From Anaerolineales bacterium (GTDB lineage Bacteria; Chloroflexota; Anaerolineae; Anaerolineales; E44-bin32), in the NCBI GenBank assembly GCA_037379555.1, contig JARRJK010000001.1:1-60867 (forward strand): a DNA stretch of 60,867 nt, in the 5' to 3' direction. Shown one piece after another: positions 31,297-39,486 of the stretch; positions within the stretch are counted from its first letter, which is position 1; each line of letters opens with the position of its first letter. The position numbers were made by a program, and so were the translations under genes. The notes beneath the pieces were generated by a model, which was not told where the DNA came from, made no database searches, and was given only the letters and a program-made list of their open reading frames with translations.

Positions 31297-32103
31297 TCAG
31301 GAAAGCCGGGCGTACTCCGCTTCCAGGTCGGAGATCTTCTGCCGCAGGTCGGTGGCCATCTCGCCCAGCAGATCGCGCCCGCTGCGCTCAGCGATCGTCA
31401 CTTCCAGCATGAGTTGAACAGTGTGCGAATTGATCAGATCCTGTAGCGTTCGCTCCAGATCGCGAATGACATTGTCCAGCCGCCGGATCTCGCTGCGCAG
31501 GTCTGCCAGGACTTGCTCGCGTGTCTTCTCCACCGGCGTCCCGGCCCGGTCGGGCTTGGCGCTCAGCCTCTTCAACTCCGCCACGTTCATGGCTGCATAC
31601 GCTTCGTTCACTTGCGCCATGATCTTGACCCGCCAACGTTTCTCCTCCGGGTCAGTGACCAGATCGGGGTGGAAGCGCTTGGCGAGCGCACGGAAGAGCG
31701 ATTTCAACTCTGCCCTGGTCTGTTCGCTGACTTCAGGCTCTTCGGGAGCTGGTGGCGGCGGTTTGTCCTTGGGGGTCCAGGTGCGGCGGTACTGCTCCAG
31801 CACATCCACGTGCATATCGGGCGAATCGGCCCGCTCACCCCATTGGGCTCTGCGTGCCGCCCGCAGACGGGCTTGCTCAACTTCGAATTCGATCTCCTCG
31901 AGCCGCTTCTGAAGTCCCCCCAGCCGGTCATCCAGCTTCTGGTTGAAGCGGGCCAGGTTGGCATGGGTGTCTGACAGCTCGAATTCAAGCTGGGCGACGC
32001 GTTCCTGGCGCCAGTTGAGTTCCTCCTGGAGATCGCGCAGTTCGGTGTCGCTCGCTTTGTCGAGCGCTCGCTTGAGTGACCGTTGATTCCTACGCTGAAA
32101 CAT
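31297..32103 (-). CDS. J-domain protein embedded between coiled-coil segments
   Basis: LKSLFRALAKRFHPDLVTDPEEKRWRVKIMAQVNEAYA (HPD motif) flanked by heptad-rich N- and C-terminal regions. Confidence 0.7.
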   Translation of the reverse strand: MFQRRNQRSLKRALDKASDTELRDLQEELNWRQERVAQLEFELSDTHANLARFNQKLDDRLGGLQKRLEEIEFEVEQARLRAARRAQWGERADSPDMHVDVLEQYRRTWTPKDKPPPPAPEEPEVSEQTRAELKSLFRALAKRFHPDLVTDPEEKRWRVKIMAQVNEAYAAMNVAELKRLSAKPDRAGTPVEKTREQVLADLRSEIRRLDNVIRDLERTLQDLINSHTVQLMLEVTIAERSGRDLLGEMATDLRQKISDLEAEYARLS

Positions 32104-32129
32104 GATGACGGACTTCGCCTCTGCGGCTC

Positions 32130-32138
32130 ATCATACCA
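32130..32138 (-). promoter_or_regulatory. Extended -10 element TGGTATGAT upstream of the J-domain gene
   Basis: Minus-strand TGGTATGAT lies 26 nt before ATG 32103. Confidence 0.4.
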
Positions 32139-32388
32139 AATATCCATACCAGCCAAACATGGTAGCCGGCCATTTAACCATCATTTGAAATTAAATCCCA
32201 GTCCACTTCTCTGGCTGGCAGCTTCCGTGCGCTCTTCACGTGGTGAAGAGCGCTCCCAAGGCATTGAGCGTTCGCGTCAGGCCACCTGCCCGAAGCCCTG
32301 AATATCAATTCAGCTTTCTGGTTGGCGGTTGACCGGATTGGAGTCAAGCATAGCAGGCGGGAAAAGAGCGGCTAAAGAGCGACGGGAA

Positions 32389-32817
32389 TCAGCTATAGAC
32401 CCATAGAAACAAATGCTTTCCGTCGAAAACAGCCGTCTGTGCCAGATAAGCCATTTGGCCCAGGAATTTTTCCGCTTCCGTCGTCGATAACTCCACGCCG
32501 GTTGGCGTGTCCACTGCCGTCCATCCCCTGGCAACAGCCGGGTAGTCAGGGGGCTGCAGTCCGGCGAGGTGCTCCGTCAGTTCGGAGGGGATCTGGATCA
32601 ACCACGGGCCGTTTTCCGATGCCTGCGCGACCGGATGGTACAAATCCGTCAGCGAATCGAACGCCTGACCCGAAACGGAGGCTTGCAATGCGACCAGCAT
32701 GAGTGGATCAAGACCGTCGATGTTCACGCCTCGAAAACTTCCCAACGGGTATTCCGAAGCCACGATGGTCGGGATGTCTTCGGGGGAAGCCATCAACAAG
32801 TCGGCAAGTATCTCCAT
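32389..32817 (-). CDS. Hypothetical protein
   Basis: Protein-like ORF in a locally lower-GC stretch. GGGAGG lies 9 nt before ATG 32817 (track start 32853 lacks an RBS). No motif recognised. Confidence 0.5.
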   Translation of the reverse strand: MEILADLLMASPEDIPTIVASEYPLGSFRGVNIDGLDPLMLVALQASVSGQAFDSLTDLYHPVAQASENGPWLIQIPSELTEHLAGLQPPDYPAVARGWTAVDTPTGVELSTTEAEKFLGQMAYLAQTAVFDGKHLFLWVYS

Positions 32818-32981
32818 TGTGATTACCTCCCGTCCCTCGAAGAAGCGTTGCAAGTCACTCCCGGCTGCAAGCCAAGGGTTCTAAACTGCACACAGATACG
32901 TACTGATCATACAATGAAATAGAACGACTCCAGTACTTATCGATGTGTGCAGGTTCAGGATGGACTGTTGAAATCTTGCGG

Positions 32982-33827
32982 TTAGCGCAGGGAGCGCGGT
33001 GAGCGGCGCGAGAGGCGCGTGGCGTAATACCCCAGCGCGCCGGCCGCGACCAGCAGCAAGAGCCCCAGGGCACCGAGCAGCGTCGACCGGCCCCCACCGC
33101 CGCCGCCGTTTGCTAACCCCGCGCTCGGCTGGGCGCCAAACTGCAGGTACTTGATATCGCCAGGTTCGAGGATCACCGGCGCATTGAGTCCCGTCGTCGG
33201 GTTGTAACCCTCAGGGACAGCTGCGCTGACGTTGTAGTCACCGTTCATCAAGTCTTCGAAACAAAAACCAGCGGGGTCCACTTCCAGATCGAGCGCCTCG
33301 CTCGTATATTCCGCAGAGACCACACCGCTCGCGTCGGCTACACTGATCTGCCCTCCAGCCAGTGCGGGTTCGCCTGCATCGAGCCGGCCATCGCCGTTGA
33401 TGTCCTCGAAAAGCAGCACGCAGATCTCACCGGTGCCTACCATCGGTGTGGGGGTCACAGGCAGGGGTGTCGCAGTCGCGATCGCGCTCACGGCCGCGCC
33501 GGTTGGCTGTGGAGGTCCGCCGGTTCCGAGTTCGAGCTGCATTCCTGGCGTGATGTAATCCCCTGATTGAAGGCCGTTCATCGCCATCAGCTCTTCAATT
33601 GTGATGCCGGCGATCGCCGCAATGCGCCAGGGTGAATCACCTTCCTGAACCGTATAGACGATGCGTCCGTCCGGTCCCGGGGTGGGGGTCGGGAACGCGG
33701 TCGGCTGGGCGAGCGGTGCAGGAGGCAGCTCCGCTGCCAGCACCGGGTACGCCAGCATGACGCTGACTGCCAGCGCGCTGAGCAACAGGTAGATCGGAAG
33801 GTGAGATCGACGGAACATAGGCTTCAA
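32982..33827 (-). CDS. Secreted LysM-domain protein with SdrD-B-like domain and C-terminal TM anchor
   Basis: Signal peptide, YTVQEGDSPWRIAAIAGITIEELMAMNGL (LysM), FEDINGDGRLDAGEPALAGGQISV (SdrD B-like), Gly run + LLGALGLLLLVAAGALGYY + basic tail. The start is TTG 33827 or ATG 33818. Confidence 0.8.
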   Translation of the reverse strand: MKPMFRRSHLPIYLLLSALAVSVMLAYPVLAAELPPAPLAQPTAFPTPTPGPDGRIVYTVQEGDSPWRIAAIAGITIEELMAMNGLQSGDYITPGMQLELGTGGPPQPTGAAVSAIATATPLPVTPTPMVGTGEICVLLFEDINGDGRLDAGEPALAGGQISVADASGVVSAEYTSEALDLEVDPAGFCFEDLMNGDYNVSAAVPEGYNPTTGLNAPVILEPGDIKYLQFGAQPSAGLANGGGGGGRSTLLGALGLLLLVAAGALGYYATRLSRRSPRSLR

Positions 33828-33832
33828 TGGGG

Positions 33833-33838
33833 ATTATA
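33833..33838 (-). promoter_or_regulatory. -10 hexamer TATAAT upstream of the LysM gene
   Basis: Minus-strand GGCTATAAT lies 5 nt before TTG 33827 and 14 nt before ATG 33818. Confidence 0.35.
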
Positions 33839-33898
33839 GCCCGATCAAGGAGCACGGTATAGTCCGGTAACTGGCGCGGGCTCGCGAAGGGTGCTGTG

Positions 33899-33907
33899 TG
33901 CTATACT
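33899..33907 (+). promoter_or_regulatory. Extended -10 element TGCTATACT upstream of purA
   Basis: TGCTATACT, then GGGAGG, then ATG 33925 (17-nt leader). Confidence 0.5.
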
Positions 33908-33924
33908 CGCGCGGGAGGCGTAGC

Positions 33925-35217
33925 ATGCCGCTCGATCTGATCCTCGGTGCGCAATGGGGCGATGAAGGCAAGGGGCGCATCACGGATGCTCTGGCTCGCC
34001 AGGCGCAGATTGTCGCCCGCTTCAGCGGTGGAGACAACGCCGGGCATACGCTCACCGTCGGCTCCACCCGGCTCAAACTCCATCTTGTTCCCTCCGGTAT
34101 CCTCCATCCAGCGGCGCATTGCGTCCTGGCCTCCGGTATGGTCATCAACCCTGCGACCCTGATCGAGGAACTCGATCTGTTGTCGGCTCACGGCCTCGAC
34201 ACCGGCCCGGCGCGCATATCCATCTCACCTGCTGCCCACCTGATCACACCAGCCCATCGCCTGCTCGATGGCGCTGAGGAGCGCCTGCGCGGCGCCCCGA
34301 TCGGCACCACCGGCCGCGGGATCGGCCCGGCCTACACCGACAAAGCCGCCCGGCGGGGGATCCGGGCAGGCGAACTGCGCAACTGGCGCACGCTTGCACC
34401 CCGGCTGCGGAGCCATCTTGAAGCGGCTGCCCGCCTGCTGGAGCAGGTCTACCGAGAGCAGCCGCCCGACGCCGAAGCGGTCCTACTCGAGTTCGAACGC
34501 TACGCCGAACGGCTGCAGGGATACCTGGTCGACACCAGCGCGCACATCGCTGAAGTCCTGGCCGAGGGCGGAAACGTGCTCGGAGAAGGGGCTCAGGGCA
34601 CCCTGCTCGATCTGGATCATGGAACGTATCCTTACGTCACCAGCTCGCACCCTACAACCGCTGGTGCGCTTCAAAGCCTCGGCATTGGACCCGCGCACGT
34701 ACGCAGGATCATCGGTGTCACCAAAGCCTTCCAGACGCGCGTGGGGGCAGGCCCCTTTCCAACGGAAGCCCCGGAACCCATCGCCGCCCGGCTGCGCGGC
34801 ACGGGGGACCAGCCGTGGGATGAGTTCGGCACAACGACCGGCCGCCCCCGCCGCTGCGGCTGGCTCGACGGCGTGTTGCTGCGCTACACCAGCCGGCTGA
34901 ACGGCTTTACCGAGCTTGCAGTCACCAAGCTCGATGTCCTGAGCGGCTTCGAATCCCTGCCTTTCGCAACCGGCTACCGCTTCGCGGGGGCGATTTCCTT
35001 AACTCTCCCGTGTAGTGCAGCCGAGCTCGACCAATGCGAACCCGTATATGAGGAGCTGAACGGATGGCCGGACGACCTGCGGCCGATCCGCGACTGGCAG
35101 GCTCTCCCCGCCGCAGCCCGTTCATACATCGAGCGGATCGAAGCTTTTACCGGAGTCCATGTGACGACGATCTCCGTCGGCCCCGAGCGTCAGGAATGGG
35201 TCGAGCGAACCCGCTAG
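33925..35217 (+). CDS. purA: Adenylosuccinate synthase
   Basis: GAQWGDEGKGRITD P-loop, GGDNAGHT, GTTGRGIGPAY, TTGRPRRCGWLD; GGGAGG RBS before ATG 33925. Confidence 0.95.
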   Translation: MPLDLILGAQWGDEGKGRITDALARQAQIVARFSGGDNAGHTLTVGSTRLKLHLVPSGILHPAAHCVLASGMVINPATLIEELDLLSAHGLDTGPARISISPAAHLITPAHRLLDGAEERLRGAPIGTTGRGIGPAYTDKAARRGIRAGELRNWRTLAPRLRSHLEAAARLLEQVYREQPPDAEAVLLEFERYAERLQGYLVDTSAHIAEVLAEGGNVLGEGAQGTLLDLDHGTYPYVTSSHPTTAGALQSLGIGPAHVRRIIGVTKAFQTRVGAGPFPTEAPEPIAARLRGTGDQPWDEFGTTTGRPRRCGWLDGVLLRYTSRLNGFTELAVTKLDVLSGFESLPFATGYRFAGAISLTLPCSAAELDQCEPVYEELNGWPDDLRPIRDWQALPAAARSYIERIEAFTGVHVTTISVGPERQEWVERTR

Positions 35218-35254
35218 CAGCCACAAGCATGCTCACGCTGATGCCTCGGTTATA

Positions 35255-36559
35255 ATGCCCGCCATGCGCAAACAACGTATGAGCAGGAAATTCTGGATCC
35301 TCGGTATTGCTGGATTGTTCATCGTTCTCGGCCTGCTCGCCTATCAGACACCGTTCGTCCAGGAGCACCTCGGCTGGCGTATCTCTGAACTTCGAGCACG
35401 CATCAAGTACGCCATCAGCCCGCCGGAGCAGGCTGTCTTCACGCCCAATCCGACGGTAGCCGCGATGGTCGAGAGCACGCTCTCAGCCTACACACCTACC
35501 CCGACCCCGACCGAGACTCCCGGCCCGACGGCCACACCCACTTCAACCCCCACCCCAACCGTCGAGCCGACGGCCATACCCTTCCAGGTACAGCTGAGCG
35601 GCATCCGGCATGAATATCAGAAATGGAATAACTGCGGACCGGCCAACCTATCGATGGCACTTTCGTATTGGGGGTGGGAGGGCAACCAGAAGCCGATCGC
35701 GGACTTTGTGAAGCCTAACCCGCGCGACAAGAACGTCATGCCGTACGAGCTGATGTCCTTCGTCGAGGAGAACACAAGCTTGCGCACGATCTCACGCGTC
35801 GGAGGCGACCTCGAACTGCTCAAACAACTCATCGCGGCCGGCTTCCCCGTGATGATCGAGAAGGGCTTCGAAGGTCCGGGGTTCGACGGCTGGATGGGGC
35901 ACTACGAGGTGGTATCGGGTTACGACGACGCGAAGCAGCGCTTCACCGTGCAGGATTCATACATCATGGCCAACCTGCCTGTCAGCTATGACGACATGCA
36001 GGCCTACTGGCGCCACTTCAACTACCTCTACATTGTGATCTACCCCGCAGAGCGCGAAGAGGATTTGTTCGCCATCCTCGGGCCGCAGGTCGATGAGACC
36101 TACAACTACGAATACGCCGCCCAGCTCGCTTCGGACGAGATCTACCAGCTCAGCGGACGTGACCAGCTCTTCGCCTGGTTCAACCGCGGCACCAATCTAC
36201 GCCACCTGCAGGATTACGGCGGTGCAGCCGCCGCTTATGACGAGGCCTTTAAGATCGACGCTCAGCTGGCCATCTCCGATCCCGACCACCGCCCATGGCG
36301 CATCATGTGGTATGAGACCGGGCCGTACTGGGCCTACTATTACACCGGCCGCTACTACGATGTGCTCAACCTGGCGGATTTCACGATCGAGAACATGAGC
36401 GAACCGGCCGTCGAAGAGAGCTTCTACTGGCGGGCTCTGGCGCGCGAGGCGCTCGGCAACCTAGACGGCGCGATTTCCGATTACCAGAAAGCGTTGAAAT
36501 GGCATCCGGATTGGGATCCAGCCTTGAGTCAGTTGAACCGCCTGGGGGTGAGCGGGTGA
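35255..36559 (+). CDS. Membrane-anchored C39-like cysteine peptidase domain protein with C-terminal TPR
   Basis: N-terminal TM, PT-rich linker, YQKWNNCGPANLSMALSYWGW (C39-like Cys), GHYEVVSGYDD (His), TPR-like C-terminus. ATG 35264 is an alternative start (TATAAT at 35251..35256). Confidence 0.65.
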   Translation: MPAMRKQRMSRKFWILGIAGLFIVLGLLAYQTPFVQEHLGWRISELRARIKYAISPPEQAVFTPNPTVAAMVESTLSAYTPTPTPTETPGPTATPTSTPTPTVEPTAIPFQVQLSGIRHEYQKWNNCGPANLSMALSYWGWEGNQKPIADFVKPNPRDKNVMPYELMSFVEENTSLRTISRVGGDLELLKQLIAAGFPVMIEKGFEGPGFDGWMGHYEVVSGYDDAKQRFTVQDSYIMANLPVSYDDMQAYWRHFNYLYIVIYPAEREEDLFAILGPQVDETYNYEYAAQLASDEIYQLSGRDQLFAWFNRGTNLRHLQDYGGAAAAYDEAFKIDAQLAISDPDHRPWRIMWYETGPYWAYYYTGRYYDVLNLADFTIENMSEPAVEESFYWRALAREALGNLDGAISDYQKALKWHPDWDPALSQLNRLGVSG

Positions 36560-38154
36560 TTCGCGGGCGGGGAGCAGAAAGCGCGGGCACCCAGGTCGCT
36601 CGCTCCGCGCTGGTCGTGATGGCCGGGCTTGCCGCCTCGATCGTGGTAGGCTTGCTGCGCCAGCGCGTGATCGCCCTGCGCTTTGGCACGAGTTCCGAGC
36701 TCGATGCCTTCACCGCTGCCAACGGCATCCCGGAGCTGCTCTTCACCATGCTCGCCGGCGGGGCGCTGGCCTTCGCGTTTATCCCCGTCTATACACGCCT
36801 GCTCTCGGACGAGCAGAGAGACGAACCCAACCTGTTGCTCAGCCGGGTGATCAATTCCGTCCTGCTGCTCACCGCGCTCGCTGCGCTGCTTCTAGCCGTT
36901 TTCGCTCCCACATTGATCTCGGCTCGCTGGGGAATCGCCCCGAACTTTCCTGCCCCAGTCCAGGCGCTCACCATCAAGCTGATGCGCATTCTGCTGCTCT
37001 CAACCTTGATCTTCGCTGGGAGCAGCATTCTAACCGGCGCGCTGCACGCCCACCAACACTTCCTGCTACCGGCGCTGGCTCCGACGATGTACAGTCTCGG
37101 CATCATCACCGGCGCCTGGCTGCTCTCGCCCCGGATGGGGATTTTTGGGCTGGCCTGGGGCGCGGTCCTGGGGGCCGGCTTGCATCTGCTGATCCAGCTT
37201 CCAGGGGCGTGGATCTACCGCCTGCGCTGGCGGCCGACGATGGGCTGGGGTGATCCACAGCTGCGGCGCGTGGCCTGGCTGATGGCGCCGCGCGTGGCCG
37301 ACCTGCTCATGGCGCGGGCGAGCATCGACTGGATCAACGCCAACCTCGGTTCGGGGCTGGGCGAAGGCCGGCTTTCCTCCCTGCGCTACGCCTTCCAGTT
37401 GATGAACACACCCTGGACGCTGATCGGTACAGCCATCGGCATCGCCGTGTTCCCGACGCTGGCCGCACTGGCCGCCAAGCAAGACGCTTCCGCCCAGCGC
37501 CAGGCTTTCAGCGGCGCGCTGCGGGCGATCCTCACGCTTGCCTTTCCGGCCGCGATCGCCCTGCTTCTGTTCGGCCGGCCCCTGATTGTGCTGCTGTTCC
37601 AGGGGGGTGAATTCACCGCCCAGAGCACAGACCTGGTGTTTTATGCGCTGCAGTTCTACACCGTGGCCCTGGTCAGCCAGTCGGTGCTGGAGGTCGTCGT
37701 GCGCGCCTTCGCCGCCCGGCAGGACACACTAACCCCCCTGATCGTCTCGCTCTTTACGACGGCGCTCAATGTCGGGCTGGCGATCCTGCTGTCCCGGCCG
37801 CGCAGCTCAGGCGGCCTTGAACACGGCGGCCTTGCGCTGGCTAACGGCATCGCAGTGGCGGTGGAGGCCTCAATCGGCATCGCCATCCTGCACCTGCGCT
37901 GGCGCGCAGTCGATGGTCGGCGGATCGCCTCCGATGCGGCGAAAGCCGCCATGGCCGCGGCCCTAATGGGCGCAGGAGTCCTGCTCTTTCAACGCATCTT
38001 CGCCCCGGGGCAGTTTCTGTTCCTGCTCGGCGGCGGGGCGCTCGGACTGGCGCTGTATTTCGGCCTGGCGCTTGCCCTCGGTATCGAGGAGATCCGCACC
38101 CTGCCCGCATCCGTCATCGCGGGCCTGCTGGCCCGCCGGTCCGCCCACGCCTGA
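36556..38154 (+). CDS. murJ: Lipid II flippase MurJ
   Basis: LRQRVIALRFGTSSELDAFTAANGIPELLFTMLAGGAL and 12-14 TM helices typical of MurJ/MviN. The in-frame GTG 36556 forms a GTGA overlap with the upstream stop. Confidence 0.85.
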   Translation: MIRGRGAESAGTQVARSALVVMAGLAASIVVGLLRQRVIALRFGTSSELDAFTAANGIPELLFTMLAGGALAFAFIPVYTRLLSDEQRDEPNLLLSRVINSVLLLTALAALLLAVFAPTLISARWGIAPNFPAPVQALTIKLMRILLLSTLIFAGSSILTGALHAHQHFLLPALAPTMYSLGIITGAWLLSPRMGIFGLAWGAVLGAGLHLLIQLPGAWIYRLRWRPTMGWGDPQLRRVAWLMAPRVADLLMARASIDWINANLGSGLGEGRLSSLRYAFQLMNTPWTLIGTAIGIAVFPTLAALAAKQDASAQRQAFSGALRAILTLAFPAAIALLLFGRPLIVLLFQGGEFTAQSTDLVFYALQFYTVALVSQSVLEVVVRAFAARQDTLTPLIVSLFTTALNVGLAILLSRPRSSGGLEHGGLALANGIAVAVEASIGIAILHLRWRAVDGRRIASDAAKAAMAAALMGAGVLLFQRIFAPGQFLFLLGGGALGLALYFGLALALGIEEIRTLPASVIAGLLARRSAHA

Positions 38155-38161
38155 CTCTCCC

Positions 38162-38195
38162 AAACAAAAAAGGACGCCCCGTGTCGGGGCGTCCT
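38162..38195. terminator. Bidirectional intrinsic terminator between murJ and the ABC operon
   Basis: AGGACGCCCCG-tgt-CGGGGCGTCCT with an A-run on the plus side (T6 on the minus strand). Confidence 0.75.
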
Positions 38196-38218
38196 GTAAT
38201 ACGCGTTGGAGTCTGAGC

Positions 38219-39484
38219 TTACTCTTTCACATATGGCTGGCCATCGGCAGCCGGCATCTGTCCACGTCCGACGACGCCCGCCAGCACAACCATCGTGGCG
38301 ATGTAGGGCGCCATGAGCAGGAACTCCGACGGGATCTGTACGCCCAGAATGGCTACCTTTCCAGCCAACGAATCAGCAAAGCCGAACAGCAAGCCGGCAC
38401 CGAAGGACCCGAAGGGCGTCCAGTTGCCGAAGATCATCGCCGCCAATCCGATGAAACCGCGTCCGGCGGTCATAAACTCGTCGAAGCGGCCGACCGATCC
38501 AATGGTGAAGTAGGCCCCGGCGAAACCGGCCATCATGCCGCCCAGCAGCACGGCCATGTAGCGGGTGCGGAAGACGTTGATGCCGAGCGTATCGGCCGCC
38601 TTCGGGTGTTCGCCGACCGAACGCATCCGCAGGCCCCAGCGCGTCGAGAAGAGCGCTACATTCAGCAGGATCAAGAACAGGAACATGGCGTAGACAAACA
38701 GGTTGTTGTCGAACAGGATCGGCCCTACGACGGGGATTTTGCTCAGCAGGGGAATTTCAAACGGCTTGAAAATCCCGGGGTCGTTCAGAAACTGATTGGG
38801 CTGCAGGAACTTGGCCGAGATGAAAGCTGTAATCCCGCCGGCGAAGATATTGATCACCGTGCCGGAGATGATCTGATCGGTCAGGTACTTGATCGAAAGC
38901 ACGGCGTGCACCAGGCCGAGTAGAGCGCCGGTGAGCACCCCGGCGAGCAGCCCCACCCACAGGCTCCCGCTGATGCTCCCCACCAGCGAGGCGACCATGG
39001 CCGCCGCCAGCATCATGCCTTCAATGGCGATGTTGACCACGCCGGCCCGCTCGCAGAGCACGCCAGACAGCGCGCCGAGCGTGATCGGCACCGCCTTGCT
39101 CAACGATGTGTTCAGCAGCCCGGCTAGGTTGAGCGAGCGCCCGGCCGCCGCCCAGGTGAGGAAGCCGAAGATAAAGAAGCCCGAGACCAGCGCCAGGACG
39201 AGGTTTGTACGCCGGCCAAAACCGCGCACGAGCTGAGCGCCCCCCGCAAAAGCCGAGAAGACGGCCAGCGTGTTGAGTGTGGCCAGAGTCGGCAATCTCC
39301 AATCGGGCACATTCGACTCGACGCCGCCCGGGACGAGATCGAAGGTCGTCGTCAGGCCTCCCTGCGTGCCGCGGCTAAACAGCAGCCAGATCCCGGCCGC
39401 CAGGGCCAGGAACACGATCCCCATCACGCGCTGGCGAGTCGGGGAGACGACTTCGATCTCGCGCCGCAAACTGGTTGTCGCCAT
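38219..39484 (-). CDS. ABC transporter permease (BMP/nucleoside-type)
   Basis: Polytopic membrane protein of the BPD_transp_2 type. GGGGAGGAGG RBS before ATG 39484, which lies 2 nt after the upstream stop. Confidence 0.85.
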   Translation of the reverse strand: MATTSLRREIEVVSPTRQRVMGIVFLALAAGIWLLFSRGTQGGLTTTFDLVPGGVESNVPDWRLPTLATLNTLAVFSAFAGGAQLVRGFGRRTNLVLALVSGFFIFGFLTWAAAGRSLNLAGLLNTSLSKAVPITLGALSGVLCERAGVVNIAIEGMMLAAAMVASLVGSISGSLWVGLLAGVLTGALLGLVHAVLSIKYLTDQIISGTVINIFAGGITAFISAKFLQPNQFLNDPGIFKPFEIPLLSKIPVVGPILFDNNLFVYAMFLFLILLNVALFSTRWGLRMRSVGEHPKAADTLGINVFRTRYMAVLLGGMMAGFAGAYFTIGSVGRFDEFMTAGRGFIGLAAMIFGNWTPFGSFGAGLLFGFADSLAGKVAILGVQIPSEFLLMAPYIATMVVLAGVVGRGQMPAADGQPYVKE

Positions 39485-39486
39485 GC

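Noticed and set aside
35251-35266. TATAAT-N7-ATG upstream of the C39-like gene as a leaderless promoter.
   Set aside because: It lacks the TG extension and a -35, lies only 34 nt after the purA stop (read-through is equally likely), and overlaps an alternative ATG (35255). I kept it only as a note within the promoter finding.
35480-35575. Apparent short tandem repeat (ccgaccccgaccgagactcccggcccgacggccacacccacttcaacccccaccccaacc).
   Set aside because: It encodes an in-frame Pro/Thr-rich linker (TPTPTPTETPGPTATPTSTPTPT) of the C39-like protein. This is low-complexity coding sequence and not a DNA repeat element or CRISPR array.
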